A stretch of 64,000 nucleotides of DNA from Mobula hypostoma (lineage: Eukaryota): contig NC_086109.1 of NCBI RefSeq assembly GCF_963921235.1, positions 18,354,001 through 18,418,000 of the forward strand, given 5' to 3'. Of this stretch, positions 1 through 14,059 are shown piece after piece. Below the pieces are notes generated by a model. The model saw only the letters and a program-made list of their open reading frames with translations. It was not told where the DNA came from and did no database searches. The translations under genes and the position numbers were made by a program. The stretch's first letter is position 1. Each line of letters begins with the position of its first letter.

Positions 1-2163
1 CACTACATGGGACTTGAGTTAGCAAGCATGCTATTTTTTTTAAGTAGAACTGTTTTATTCAAAACAAAACACATTTGATTTGTTCAGGTTAATTAAATTT
101 TTTGATTTTTATTTGTTAAAAACAAAATGCCAAATGTTTCATTGAGAAATCGAATATTTTGTTCCAATTTCACTTGAAGTGAAAATGAAGGCCATAAACG
201 TGGAAGACCTGGTTGCAAGCATTCAGCAGGTATTCTTTCACTCTTGTGCTCGGTTTGTGAAGATTGAAAATTATGGGGTTGATACCTCAGCCAAAGTTGG
301 ACTGCATTCTGTCTGCTCAGGTGCCAAGTGACACTGGCCAGATGACATTTATTGTCCATTAGAGTTGTGTTTGGTCAACTGCACTAGTCAACCTTATGGC
401 ATGTGGTCACTGCCTGGAGTACCCCATCAAACATTACTGTGATAGTAACCCCCATTCCACATTCTCTACCTTGTGTACAGTAGTTGGGATTAGATATCAG
501 ATCCCAGTTTTACCTGTGATAGGTCACAAAACTGACAGAAGGACCAGCTTTTAAGACAAAAAAATCCATTGAGGGACGTAACTGAACAACAAAGTTTCTC
601 TAAAAACCTTTTTGGCCATTCTCCTTTCATCGCTGGCAAGCAAACATTCCCAGATTTACTCAATTCAGTTTTGCATCCTGTCATACCGGAATTCGAACTC
701 TCAACCTGTGTGATGAAAGCCCAGTCCCGTAGTGGAGAGGAACAGGTGCCCATGCATAAACCATTGGTGTCTTGGTTTTCATCTGTTCTCCCACTAAGGA
801 TAACAATCTAAAAGTTTTATATCTCAAAATATTGCACATACAATGACATGCAGTTCTAGGTGTAGTGTGGGAAATGCGATATTCAGTTTATGTTAACTAT
901 GTTATATGCTAGTCTATTTATTTTTTTCTGGCATTGGTTGATGGAGTATTATCAGTCAAGTTAGTGAGGTAATTCCTCGCTCTTCATCAAATAATTCTGA
1001 AGGAATGACTCGTTGCATCGCCTATCTGAGGAATGTATCTTCAGACAGTCGAGAGGACCCTCAGTACTGTTATGGAATGGTGGCCCATTTGACGTGATTG
1101 CATCCTAACTGAGCTGGAAAATGGCAACATCCCAAAGACCCGGAGGGCTTCACATGGAGGCTTCTGGTAAAAATCAAGGACTAGAGGGATTTGGCTCCAG
1201 AATAGTCCCATATTATAAGCACTTTTCTGCAAAAGTTCACAGCTAGTGTCAGTCTGATAGTTTTTTGTGAAAACTGTCATACCATTTTAACCGTGAAAGA
1301 ATATACTACAACATTCCTTTCTTTAAAGTTATATTCAGATGGAATTTGTATTTATTATTGACTCACCACAAAATTGTAATGAATCCATATTTTCTGAGTT
1401 GGTCATATTCATTTCACATCAACTGGAGTTGGAGACAGTTGGATGTGGATTAATTAATCTCATTCAAGGAAAGGCAAACTTGTATAATAAGAGAGGTTCC
1501 ATTGTGCTTTTGGGGTGAAGGTACACTCATGTATACACCAAATGGAGCTCAATTAAACTTAACTAAAGCAGTGCCCAGTATAAGCTAACTTAATACTGAG
1601 ACAAGTGTAAAGAGACCAGTTATATCATGAGTATTAAATTATGGAAATACCATTTAAAACATTTAATTTCCACCCAACACCTCATGGAAATATCCACTCT
1701 CCTTTGCTGTGTCCAAAGAATAGGTTGAGGATGATAAAAACAGCCATCCCCCTTTGTCTTATAGATTGTCCAGTCCTGATGCACAGTGATAGGAGTGACT
1801 TTCTTCATTTTGCACCCCAGCCTTGTTAGAAGAACTGAGCTTGGATTCACCAATGCATTTGCAATTCAAATTATCTACGAGAACCAGTTGGAAAAAGTTT
1901 CCTTGTGGTTTAGGGTTATAAGCCCTGAGGACTGGGCTCCTACCCCGTGACAGGTTCCTCTGCACTGCAAACTGGCTTACAGATATGCCAGTGGCAGTTT
2001 ATTGTTTTATAAGGAAGCTGTTATTGGAGGCTGGATTCCACAATTAATTTATTGGTCAACTTTCTCCCTGGCTCAATGCACCATTAATTGGTTGAAGGAC
2101 TGCAGATGGATTTCAATGATTGATCCCAGGTGTGGAATACAAAAGTAACAACTTACATGGGGT

Positions 2164-2378
2164 TCTTAAAAACACAAACACGAGGACATCTGCAGATGCT
2201 GGAAATTCAAGCAACACACATCAAAGTTGCTGGTGAATGCAGCAGGCCAGGCAGCATCTCCAGGAAGAGGTACAGTCGACGTTTTGGGCCTGACGAAGGG
2301 TCTCAGCCCGAAACGTCGACTGTACCTCTTCCTAGAGATGCTGCCTGGCCTGCTGTGTTCACCAGCAACTTTGTGTGT
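2164..2378. mobile_element. Short Penelope-like (PLE) fold-back insertion with hammerhead-like core
   Basis: Inverted arms of ~68 bp (2222-2289 and 2306-2373); CTGACGA...GAAACGTC at 2290-2317; flanked by the 14-bp direct repeat AACTTACATGGGGT (2150-2163 and 2379-2392). Confidence 0.75.
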
Positions 2379-5300
2379 AACTTACATGGGGTGGTGGCTG
2401 CAGGAAAGGATTTTATTGGGCTCAGTAGTGGTGGCATTATGCCTCAGTAATGTGCCAAAATAGCGAACAGCCTGTAAAAACACCTTCCAGGACACTCCAG
2501 AGCTGCTAGATAATTTAGTATCTGTTTTATTCTTTAACCCCTGTCGGGATCCTAAAAGTTACATTTTCATTTTTGTTTTTATCTGAAAATGAGATGATTT
2601 GGTTTTATTTAAATGTGTCTTTTGTGAAAGCTATTTTGATTGAATAACTCCTGAAGTTGGATGTTAATCAGCTGATAATTTGTACTTGTGTGCTCAGCAT
2701 TTGTCTGTGTTCTGACAATTGAAGAAATAGATAAAAGATATCTAAAACAAAATGCTGTGGAATTTCATTTCAGTATCTATAATGATTTAAAGGTTTGTCA
2801 CCATGTCACAGGATTAGTTTACATTTTGATCCATTGATGACATATTTCTGTATTTCCAACCTTCAGTAATGTAATATCCCACTCAGCTTCACAACCCCAT
2901 CCTAATTCCCTTATTGTTTTGCAGACTTTTGAACTTGTATTGAAGTTGCATCTTTAATATCTGGTTTTGTTTCAATCATGCACTCTCAATGGTGCCATCA
3001 CATTTCTGACACCCTAATGCTCCGATCATATCCATTTCCACCTCTACCCAGATCCTGTCGCTCCATTTCAACATATCTATCTTCCCATTATATTATCCAG
3101 CTCTTCTTTAAATAGAGCCAATATTTAAAACTTGACCACCTGTCCTAATGCCCGTGCATTACCTGTATTTAAAAATCCTGATGTGTATCCCAAATTTAAT
3201 CCTCACAATCCTAAATATATGCCCCAGCTATTTTTTTAACCTTTCCCACATCTGAGGAAAGGTTGTCATTCTTTTTTCTCTTCCGCATTTTCTTCCTTAA
3301 TGCAATCCTGTTTTGCTCAAAAGTAGATTTGTCAGTAAAAGTGAAAATGAGCTCTTGTCACAGTTCAAAAAATCTGTGACTGGCCTGTGGGAGAATCTGA
3401 AAAGGTTCACTAAGTTACCAAAGTCATTTTGCCCAGGAACTCTTAAACAGCGCCAAGACCTTGCTTGGCTGATGGTGAGATCTCTCCCAATTGGTTGCTG
3501 CAAACTCCCTCCAGGAATTTGGCTGGTGGGAGAACAAGGGGAGAGTTAATGGGCATGTGCAATAGATTGGATACAGGGAAAAAGTAAGGAACTGCAATGC
3601 ACTGAGAACCAGCAGAAACACTGGGTCAAATCTCTCACACCTGCTGTAAGGAAAGATGAAAATATTGAGAATTCTCCTCCCATAATGGGGCTTGAATCTT
3701 GTCTTTTCCTAAAAGATAACAGAATTCACATGATTTCCACAACTATTAAAAATAACATGACACAAGATTGTAGTTTACATATTTTTTTAATTCAAATGTA
3801 CAACAAAATAGCCACTTTCTTTGATTGTCTACACATTTTGCCAAACCAAACAGCATTAGTTTCCCTTTCGGTTGGGCTCAATTTTTATTTCAGAAAATAT
3901 ATTTTTTGATATATTCATTTATTTAGTTGAACTTTTATAATTTCTACAAATTCAACATATTAGCCATAGAAATTATTTCATCATTTCATGATTTTCAAAA
4001 GTACTTGTGTAAGAACAAGGGGGTATATAGTCATTTGATATAAGTGGAGCAGGGTATTAGTGCTAAGACATGAACTCCCAAGTAATGTGCCTACCCTGCT
4101 TGTTGGTGCAATTGCATCTCTCATTGAAAACAGTTATTGGCCCAGACCTTGTGCTCATTGGCAAAGTCACACAGCTCATCCGTGACCTAAAAGAGAACTT
4201 CTCCCCTAAAGGTTTTAGACACCATGGACGTGAACCTCCTTTTGCTGGTTATCCTCATCGGTCCTGAGGGTGTGACCCTTTCGAGATAGCTGAATGTCCA
4301 ATCATACTGAAGAATTCAAATGGATCACAAAAAAGGAAATAAATAGCAGAACTTATTATATACTTTAGATAATTTTACTGCGAGGAAAATACAGTAAAGA
4401 TTGGGGGCACACACATAAAGTCACACTTAATGCTGTGAATGCCTGAAAGAAAATGAATCTCAGGGTAGTAAAAGGTGATAATAAATTCACTTTGAGGTTT
4501 TGGATGATAATAAACAAGCCTTGTTAAAAATAAAACAAAAGAAATTAATTTAAAGGAGAATGTTTGTGAAGCAGTAACTATGGCTTAGTGTTGCACTAAG
4601 AATTTTCTGCATTAACCAGAATATCTTCAAAGTAATTAATAACAAAAATGTTTTGAAAAAACCTGAAATTTTCATTAATTTCCTTATTAGTCTGGAGAAG
4701 GCAGTAAACAGCACACTCAGTGAATCACTGACAACAACTTCTGGAATGTGCACCTGAAGATTTGTAAACAGGGGATCCAGGTGTTGCTGTTAGTTTCAAG
4801 GTGTGATGATCGTTGTCATTACGAGCACAAAATCTGGGTCAAAGCTTCACACATTACTTCTAGGTGCAAAATCTTATAAAAGAAATCTCGTAACCTATAA
4901 CTTCCACATACTGTAGGTTAGTACTGCACTAACAAAACAGTAAATCTAATTCAATGGAGATTTTGTTTTAAAGAAGGTCATAACTTTTTTTTTCCCTTAA
5001 AATCTCAAATAAACAGGAGACTCAATACCTTTGGCTTTTTCTACAGTATGTATTCCTAGTCATAGTCACTCACCAAGCAGGTTGGAGTCAACTGTACACT
5101 GTGCCAGCAGGTAATGTCTCAACTGTCCTAAGCTAGGAATAGCTATTTCAGTTCACATTAATCATCACACTGTTATATTTTGACAACTAGAAGTGTCTGA
5201 GTCATATAGATGAGCTGGTGTCTCAGGCTTCAGTAAGTAACAACAGTCATTTTGCCTAGCGTCACACCTGCTTTGACATTAGGACTCCCAGGATCTATTT

Positions 5301-7319
5301 TCACCTGCAGGGTCTCACCAGAATCTAACCAAAATAATATGCAACACATTCTCAGTCTTTCACCAGGCTCCAGTGTTGTCCGGAATGAGAAAATACCCTC
5401 CTTCCACCATGCTCACCATTTTGCCGATATGGATAAATGAAACCTCTGAATACGTCCATGAAAATGGAAATGTTCCTAATTGTAACAGTAATTTTTGGCA
5501 GCTTCATTCCATTCTCAATGTGAACCAACAGATTCAGAGGAAAACAACTTCCAACATTTCCTTTGTCTTCCCCCAATGATGTTGTAGAATAACATTGAAA
5601 AGCATCCATTTGATATCAAATTCCAAGAAGTAAAAGTAATTAGATCCAAGAAATATAAGTAATTAAGTGCATTTATTTTATAATGAAGCCTATAATGATA
5701 TAGCGGAGTTCCTTAAGTATGGATGTTATTGGACCTAGTAGGCATCAAGATAAAGAGTGTTTTGTTTTAGGTGGTCCCAAGGCACAGCACATGTTTCTGT
5801 TGGATTCCTCGGCCTTGGAGATAATCCCATCGAGAGCTGAACTTCAATATGGATCCAAGGGCATGTACTCTGGGACAACTGTTAGTCAGCAGTATTCTCA
5901 ATCTCCTAAATACTAGACTATAAGATATAAGATCATAAAATATAGGAGCAGAATTAGGCCATTTGGTCCATCGAGTCTTCTCCACAGATTTGATGTTGAA
6001 GAAAGAAGTAAACAGTTCTACTACCATTTTTCTCTGTCAAAAGACAACGTGGGTCTCCAGACTTCAAAACTGAGAAGTGGTCTTAGTGAAACTTAAGGGG
6101 CTCAACTTTGTAGATACTGAGAGATTGACTCCTCTGGTACTCTTGTTTGATAGAATCTAGATCTAGTGTGACTGTCTCAGAATATGGGGTCATCCGTTTA
6201 AAACGGAGACAAAAGGACTGCAGATGCTGGAATATTGAGCAATACACAAAATGCCAGAGGAGCTCTATGAATCAAGACAGCATCCATAGAGAGAAATGGA
6301 CATTCAATGATGAAGGGTCTCAGCCCATGATTGACTGTCTACTTCTCTGCATTGATGCTGCTTGACCCACTGTGTCCCTCCAGCATCTTGTGTGTTGTCC
6401 ATTTAATATGGAGATCAGTCGGGGAATTTTCCTCAGCCTGAGCGTTTTGAATGCTGCACTACAAAAAGTCGTGAGGACTGAATCGTTGAATACGCACGGG
6501 ACTGAGAGTGACAGATTTTGTTTTAAACCATTGGGAAGCTAGTGGTTATGGGGAAGGAACAGGAAATTAGAATTGAGATGAATGTCACATGAGTCTTGAT
6601 AGTATAGAGTGGCAGAGCAGGCCGAAGGGTTGTTAAGTCCACATCTGCTCCTACCTCTTGTGACCGCAGTCCATTTCAACCCCACTGCTGATAGGGAGAG
6701 CCTGAAGGCAGAACTGGAAAGCTGCATCAGGCTACTGGAATAATCTTGCTGCTGCAGCCCCAGAGCTAAGTGTGGAGTAAATAATACACATCAACAACCC
6801 CTCAATCTGCACAGAACACAGTCCTGTTTATGAGGAAAGGCACGTGAGCTGAAGCAAAATTCCTGACGCAAAACATTTCCTTCATCATCCTACCCCCAGA
6901 GTTTCATATTCAAGTTTCAGATGCTGACAGACTAAATGACTGATTATTTGAGCTCAAGCAGGATAGATGAGTTAAAACATTAATGTTACAGCAGGCTTGG
7001 ACTTGACAAACTTCAAACCTCAAGGTGAAACTAAGTTGGTAGCACATTCACCAAAGAATGGAATAGAGTTTGAATCCAACTGTTGACCTAAATATATCAT
7101 CCAGACCAACAGTGCAAAGCAGTAACAGTGCCCACACTTCAGATGAGATATTGAATATGGTACAGTCTGCACTCTTAGACTTCGTTATCTAATAATATGA
7201 TCGTGACCAGTTTATCTGGCCACTATCTCCTTAGTGTTACATATTGACTACACTTCAACCGTAATTCACTGTCTTTAGAATGCTGAGGGCACAGGAAAAT
7301 GTTTACTGGCTACAAGACA

Positions 7320-7812
7320 GACTAACTAGTTGTATCACCATCTGGTATGGAAGGGCCAATGCACAGGATGGGAAGAAAGCTGCACAAGGTGGTAAACTCA
7401 GCCAGCTCCAGCATGGGCACTGGCCTTTCCATGATCCAGGACTTCCTCAAAAGGCAACGTCTCAGAAGGGCGGCATCCATCATTAAGGACCCCCACCACC
7501 CAGGGCATGCCCTCTTCTCATTACTACCATCAGAGAGGAGGTATAGCAGCCTGAAGACACACACTCAACATTTTATGAACAGCTGCTTCCCTTCCGCCAT
7601 CAGACTTCTGAACGGTCCCTGAACCCATGAACACCACCTCACTATTTTTGCTTTCTTTTTGCACTACACATTTTGTGTGTGTGTGTGTATACACACACAC
7701 ACACACTGTAATTTATAGTATATTTTATTCATTGCACTGTACTGCTGCTACAAACACAAATAACATAAATTTCACAACATATGTCAGGGTTAATAAACCT
7801 GATTCTGACTTT
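7320..7812 (+). mobile_element. Rex1/Babar-like LINE 3' fragment
   Basis: Peptides LTSCITIWYG and AASIIKDPHHPGHALFSLLPSERRYSSLKTHTQHFMNSCFPSAIRLLN; tail aataaacctgattctga. Confidence 0.8.
7674..7705. repeat. Palindromic (TG)n-TATA-(CA)n microsatellite
   Basis: 32-bp perfect palindrome centred at 7689/7690. Confidence 0.85.
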
Positions 7813-7984
7813 ACAAGACACACAATGCTCCAAAGGCAACATTGGCAAGGATAACTGCCTGGGATTAATATCCAAAACCAGAGACCAAAATAGAGCAATT
7901 CTTGATTCTGGCACACACACACACACCAGCCAAGTCTCTCCTATTAAAACAGGAGGCAGAAATTGGAGCATGAAACCAGAGCTA

Positions 7985-8396
7985 TATTACTATGCAAACA
8001 TCTTAGGCACATGTTAAAAAAATCTGTAAAGCAAAGATGCCTTCTAGAGTAATGAAAAGTTTCTAAATATCAAAAGTATTATTATGAGAAGCAGTAAACG
8101 GTAAAAAACTAGATCAAGTCAATATTTGGTGTAACCACTCTTTGTCTTTAAAACTGTATTAAGTCTCTTAGGTATACTGCCGCGCAGTTTTGTAAGAAAA
8201 TCTGCTGGTAGGTTATGCCAAGCATCTTGGAGAACTTGCCGCCCTGCTTCTGCAGACTTTGGCTGTTTCGCTTGCTTCTGTCTCTCCAGGAAATCCCAGA
8301 CAGCCTCGGTGATGTTAAGATCAGGGCTCTACAGAGGGCATGCCATCTGAAACCATCTAAAAACCCCAGGGTGCCTAAGACTTGCACAGTACTGTA
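7985..8396 (-). mobile_element. Non-autonomous Tc1/mariner element retaining a degenerate transposase C-terminus
   Basis: TIR-like ends (tactatgcaaacatcttaggcac / gtgcctaagacttgcacagtactgta). The minus strand retains a degenerate SPDLNI...LQDAW...GYTKY* segment. Confidence 0.7.
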
Positions 8397-11300
8397 TGCC
8401 TTAGGGAAGAGAAGGTTAGTAAGGGTCGCTTAGATGTGGGTTTTTAACCCGCAAATGGATTGCAGTGGAGAGGGTACGAAGGTGATTCACTAGGATATTG
8501 GCTGGGGTACAGTGTTTCAAGCTATGAGGAGGTACTGGATAGAATGGGTTTGTTTCTCTTGGAGAGCAGGAGACAGGGGGTAAACCAGGCTGAGGCATTA
8601 AAAGTGGGCGTGAGGGGTTGCACAGTTATGGCAGATAATGAGACATTCCTCCCTCTAGCAGAGGTGTCCACAACCAGTGGGTAGAGGTTTAGGGCAAGGA
8701 ATGGGAGGTACAGAGAGGACTTCAGGAAGATTTTTCTTTTCCTCAAAGACTGAAATCTGGAACATACAATTTGAGAAGTTAGTGGAGGCTGTATTCTCAC
8801 ATTTTAGGAGGATTTACACAGTGCTTGCAACACCATGGCATTGAAGACTGCAAACAGAATGCTGGGAAGTGGGATTAGTAGACAAGGACCTGATGCCCAT
8901 TATGGTCATGGTGGGCTGAAGGGCTTATAACCAGACTGCATAACCCTAAAGAGTAGCACAGATCAGCACAATTGATCATAAAATCCAAGCAAGATAGGTT
9001 TTTTTGCTGCACAGGAGTACAGTCGCATAGTCTCATTCAATGACCAACATGCTTCGAATGCCCATATTCCCATCTGGGCTCAAGTGGCAACTTGGCATGT
9101 AGGCTACTCTTTTGGTGTTAGTCTCTGCTGAAAATGCAGAATCAGGAAGAACTCTGCTCAAGTTTTTCCCTGAAACAGATTTGCTCTTAACTTCAACCTG
9201 GTGGTAATAAGAGTTACATTTTCATTTAGACAAGCAGGCAGCTAGCTAAGTTATTTCAATACAACAAATTGCAACACTTAAGCGAAATTTGGATAAGTGC
9301 ATGGATGGGCGGGGTATGGTCCAGGTGCAGATCAATAGGAGTAGGCAGAATAATAGTTTGGTATCAACTAGATGGGCTGAAGGGCGTATTTTTGCATTGC
9401 AGTGGTCGAAGACTCCAAGAGTAAAGAGTTAATTGCTTCGACAACAACTTGCATCTAACACCTTTAAAGTACTAAAACATGCTGAAAAGTTGCCAATACA
9501 ACTTCAACAAGCCACATGTGTATTAAGAAAGGAGACCAAACTTTTAGGCAAACAAATGAATTTTAAAGAGGAGCATAAACGAGGATCAAGAGTTGAGGGG
9601 CTTAGGAAAAGAATGGCAAGTGGTCCATTCGGCCCCAGTTATTGGAGGGAAAGGAGAGAGACTGCGAAAACATTCAGAGCCTGAAAATTAAATGAGTTAA
9701 CTTGATAAATAATCAACAGGATTATTGATGCAACTGAAGGATGGAGGGAGGGGGGTACGGAGAGATTAAATCAAAGCTGAAAACATCTCTGAAGTGGCCC
9801 TGCTATCATCAACGGCAGTGACTCATCATCTTGCAGAATAGCACTTCAGTTAATACAAGTGGAGTTAGGAGACAGCAAGGATTCACATCACTCCCACACT
9901 GAAGCTATTTTCTATTCTGATTCAGCTGCAGCACTTTCACCGAACTCCGGTGCAATGGTGCCAGAATAGAAATTGTACGACAGCAATCTTCCCGCTGACA
10001 GCTTTCAATATTAATTCACAGGTGTGGGTGTTGCTGGCAAGTCCAATATTCACTGCTCCCCACCCTGATATGGCAGAGTAGTTTTCTAATTCAATGCAGA
10101 ACAACAGTTAAGAACCCAGCATTCTCAAATGTCAGAAGTCAGAGATAGGCACAGGTCTGATGAGGATGTCAAATGTTCTTCCCAGGGAACATAAATGAAG
10201 CAATCAGACTTTCAATATCAATCATAAACAAAATATTCTGCAGATACCGGCAATCCAGAGAAAAACATACAAAATGCTGCAGGAACTCAGCAGGTTAGGC
10301 AAGGAATAAACGTCTGTGCTGGTGGTGCAGTGGCATCAGAGTGAAAAGTCCCGGGTTTGAACTTGGCTGTCTCCTTGCATAAATTCTACTCGCGCTAAGT
10401 TGAGCATTGAACAACTTGGCCTCGCAAAACAGACAAATGCTAAAGAAACAGCAAGCTTGCAGCCCAATACACCTATTGGCGCGTGGAGAAACTACAGAGA
10501 GGAATAAAGAATCGATATTTCTCATCAGGACGCAATAACAATCACTTACGCAGAAGAGATTTTTTTTCATTTACAGGTGACGGCAATGCAGCTAGTAGTG
10601 AAAGAAAGATGCACGATTAGCCTTACTTGTCACACGTACATTGAAATGTGCCATTTGAGTCAAATCAAATCAGTGAGGACTGTGCTGAGCAGCCCACAAG
10701 AGTTGCCGCACTTTCAGTCCCAACATAGCAAGCCCACCTCTCACTAACACTACGCTTTTAGAATATGGGAGAAAACCAAAGGACCAGGAGGGAAACAAAG
10801 CATTCACAGGGAGAATGTACAGACAGCAGCACTGTAACCCTAATCGTGTAAAGTGTTGTGCTAACCACTAGGCCACCCAGTGGTGCTGCCTCTGAGTTCT
10901 TCCTCCTGTGCCCAAGATGCTCCAGGTTACTTCCACACTCCAAAGACATGCAGGATGGTGGATTAATTTGTCACTAGTGAGTATATGAGTAGTGAATTTA
11001 AGGTGAGCTGAGAAAGATCATAGGATAATGGGTTTTTTGTCAGATTTTAGTAAGTAAACATTTGTGGATTCAGTGGGCCAAACTACCTCCAGCAGATCTT
11101 TAGATGCAAAGGACACATTTCACTGCATGTCTGGATAAATAAATGAATTTCAATCTGAATCTGAATCTGTAAAGGACCTATTTCCATGCTGTAAGACAAT
11201 GATGAAAATTAATTGCATTTAAATCTCAAATTGATAATTAGATTTGATTTCTTGTTTAACCTCCCCTTTAATCCTCTGAATTATTAGATTAAAAGTATGC

Positions 11301-11892
11301 CTATCAGTCAGGTCAGAACAGAGGAGATGCGGTTGGGTAAACACTAACTATCAACCCAAGTCAAAGCCCTATTGTCTAAGTTTCCTGTGGCCCACAAACT
11401 GCAAGGGACAAATACATGAGGGAATGACAAGGGTAGTACCTGTATGGCAATAGTTGCTAGGTAACAATGAGCTCGGATTTTTATTACTTAGTTGGTCACA
11501 GGGATCGAAATAGAAGGAAATGAATTCAAGAGTCTGAGTGGGTTGCAAATGGAAAAGAGAGAAGTCATGCTCCATTTTAACGGGGAATTTAATGATTTGT
11601 TGAATAGCTTCTACTATAGCTCATCTGGTCCCTTCCTCCCTTTTCCTTTGGTATCTGTAAGCTTTTCCAGTGGGCTCCTGGGCCCACCTTGTGCAGGCTT
11701 CATTTTATCCTGTCTCCTCCGCGCTAGTTCTAATTTCCATCAAGTCCAGGTCAGTGCTTGCTGTGCTATATTTTATTTTAGTCTGGCAATCCATGGTTAC
11801 AATGGCTATCCATGTTTTCACATTTCAATTTTCCCCATTACCTCCTGTGCAAACATTCCAAATTCAAATCAGGTTCGTTATGGTTGACATTA

Positions 11893-12447
11893 TACCCAAT
11901 GGCCACATACACCTGCTCGTTAATGCAGCTATCTAATCAGTCAAACATGCGGCAACAACTCAAAGCATGCAGACATGGTCAAGAGGTTCAGTTGTTGTTC
12001 AGACCAAACATCAGAATGGGGAGGAAATACGATTTAAGTGACTTTGATCGTGGAATGATTGTTGGTGCCAGGCGGGGTGGTTTGGGTATCTCAGAAACTG
12101 CGGATCTCCTGGGATTTTCATGCACAACAGCCTCTAGAGTTTACAGAGACTGGTGCGAAAAACAGAGAAAAAAAACATTTGAGTGAGTAGCAGTTCTGTG
12201 GTCAAAAAAGCCTTGTTAATGAGAGAGGTCAGGGGAGAGTGGCCAGACTGGTTCAAGCTGACTGGAAGTAATGGAAATAACCATGTTATGCACACCACTA
12301 TTATTTAAATAATGTTGTGCAGAAGAGCATCTCTGAATGCACTACACATTAGAACCTGAAGTAGGTGGACTACAGCAGCAGAGAACCACAAATGTACACT
12401 CAGTGGCCGCTTTATTCGGTACAGGAGGTACTAATAAAGTGGCCACT
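11893..12447 (+). mobile_element. Non-autonomous Tc1-derived element (transposase N-terminal HTH relic)
   Basis: Encodes MGRKYDLSDFDRGMIVGARRGGLGISETADLLGFSCTTASRVYRDW; ends in taataaagtggccact. Related copies at 29445-29580 and 51917-52857. Confidence 0.8.
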
Positions 12448-14059
12448 ATATGTATGTTGTGAAATTTGTTGTTTTGTGGCAGCAGTACCGTGCGATACTT
12501 AAAAAAGTACTACAAGTTACAATAAGAAATAGATAAAATAAATAAGCAGTGCAAAAAGCCAGCAGAAAGAAAGCGAGATCCCTTGAGATACCCCCTACAT
12601 GGCTTCCCACCAACTGAGTATGCCCCATTTTAATCACTCCACTCGCCCATGCCTACCTGGAGCCTAAACTTTGGAATTCCACCCGATTCTCTCTTTAATT
12701 CACTCCTTAATAGCCACCTAGTTGACCAAGCTTTACCATAAATGCTAAAATCCCTTCGTGAGGGTGAGCGCCAAATAGAGTCTCATAATGTTTACAGCAC
12801 CTTTACCATTTCACTATATTAGTCAGAACATGGGGAGAAGGCAGGAGATGGGGACTAAGAGGGCAATAGATCAGCAATGATGAAATAGCAGAGCAACCTC
12901 GATGTGCCAAATGGCCCAATTCTGCTCTTATACCTTAAGGCCTTATGTTCAAGATGTGGTGTGAATCAAAGTTCATCTTGTTGTAATGGGACCATTAACG
13001 ACCCCCATGACCTGCATGGTTTTGATCTTTGCAATTGCGGGATGTTAGGAACAAAACTGAGTTTGAGAGCCATCTCTACAGTTTAAGTGGGAAAAGCTTT
13101 CCTTTAATGCCATTCAAAATGCTTCATAGCCATCTCATTATTCATTGATGCTGTTGTCATGGAAACAAATATGGCTGAGAATGTATGCACATCTAGTTCT
13201 TGCAGATTAGTTCTGGTTGTACTTGCTACCTAGATTCACAGGCTTACTTACCTAATTCTATGAAGTGACCTTGAAAGTTGCTTTATGTATACATAACATT
13301 GTGGTGGGTGGTACTGTTTCTTCTGCTTCACACACAGCTTTGAGCATCAAACTTATTCTGTACTTTCAACTGTGGTATTGGATTTCTACTTAAAGGAAAA
13401 TAACTCTCTGACCCAAAATAAATACAGTGAAGATTTAACCGGCCAAATGGCCTCTATTTGTGTTGCAACTAAGCTGTGCTTTGTTCCGTAAAGTAGCTCA
13501 TTTAGACAAAGCAAGAACAATAAAACTTTAGGATATTTCACAATAACTGTGGCAGCTGACATGAAATGAAAGGAGTTCGATCTGTTTGCATTGGAATAAA
13601 TTGTGCTGGATTCAAGCTCATAAATTTTCAAAGATTGTGAAGAGACAGTACATTAAATATCAAGTTACTTGCTCATATGGAAGGGTAAATGCAAGCAGCT
13701 TCCAGAGGGGAAAGGATTGTCAGTTGTGATTTGGATACATTACTGGAGGAATTATCAGATGATCACACCTCATAGAAGCTGGAGTAATGTAACATCATGT
13801 TATCTGTAAATTAATGTAGATTAATGTGCATATCACTTTTCTCTTACCATTAGTTATATGCACATCAATATACTGCTCTTTCCAATGCCTCTCATTAGCT
13901 TAAGTTCGTTAATCATAGCAATTGACCATTGATTTTTTTCTATAATTTGACTAGTTGTCAATCTAAGGCTTTCCTTTCCCCACCTTTATTTTTTTATTTA
14001 ATCACCTCCATGACTTTTGTCCAGGATTGGTCACAGCAGATTGGTCAAAGCTTCAATTC

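Noticed and set aside
4070..5609. Exon-like non-repetitive patches with candidate minus-strand acceptors
   Set aside because: No frame gives a recognisable protein or a consistent exon chain.
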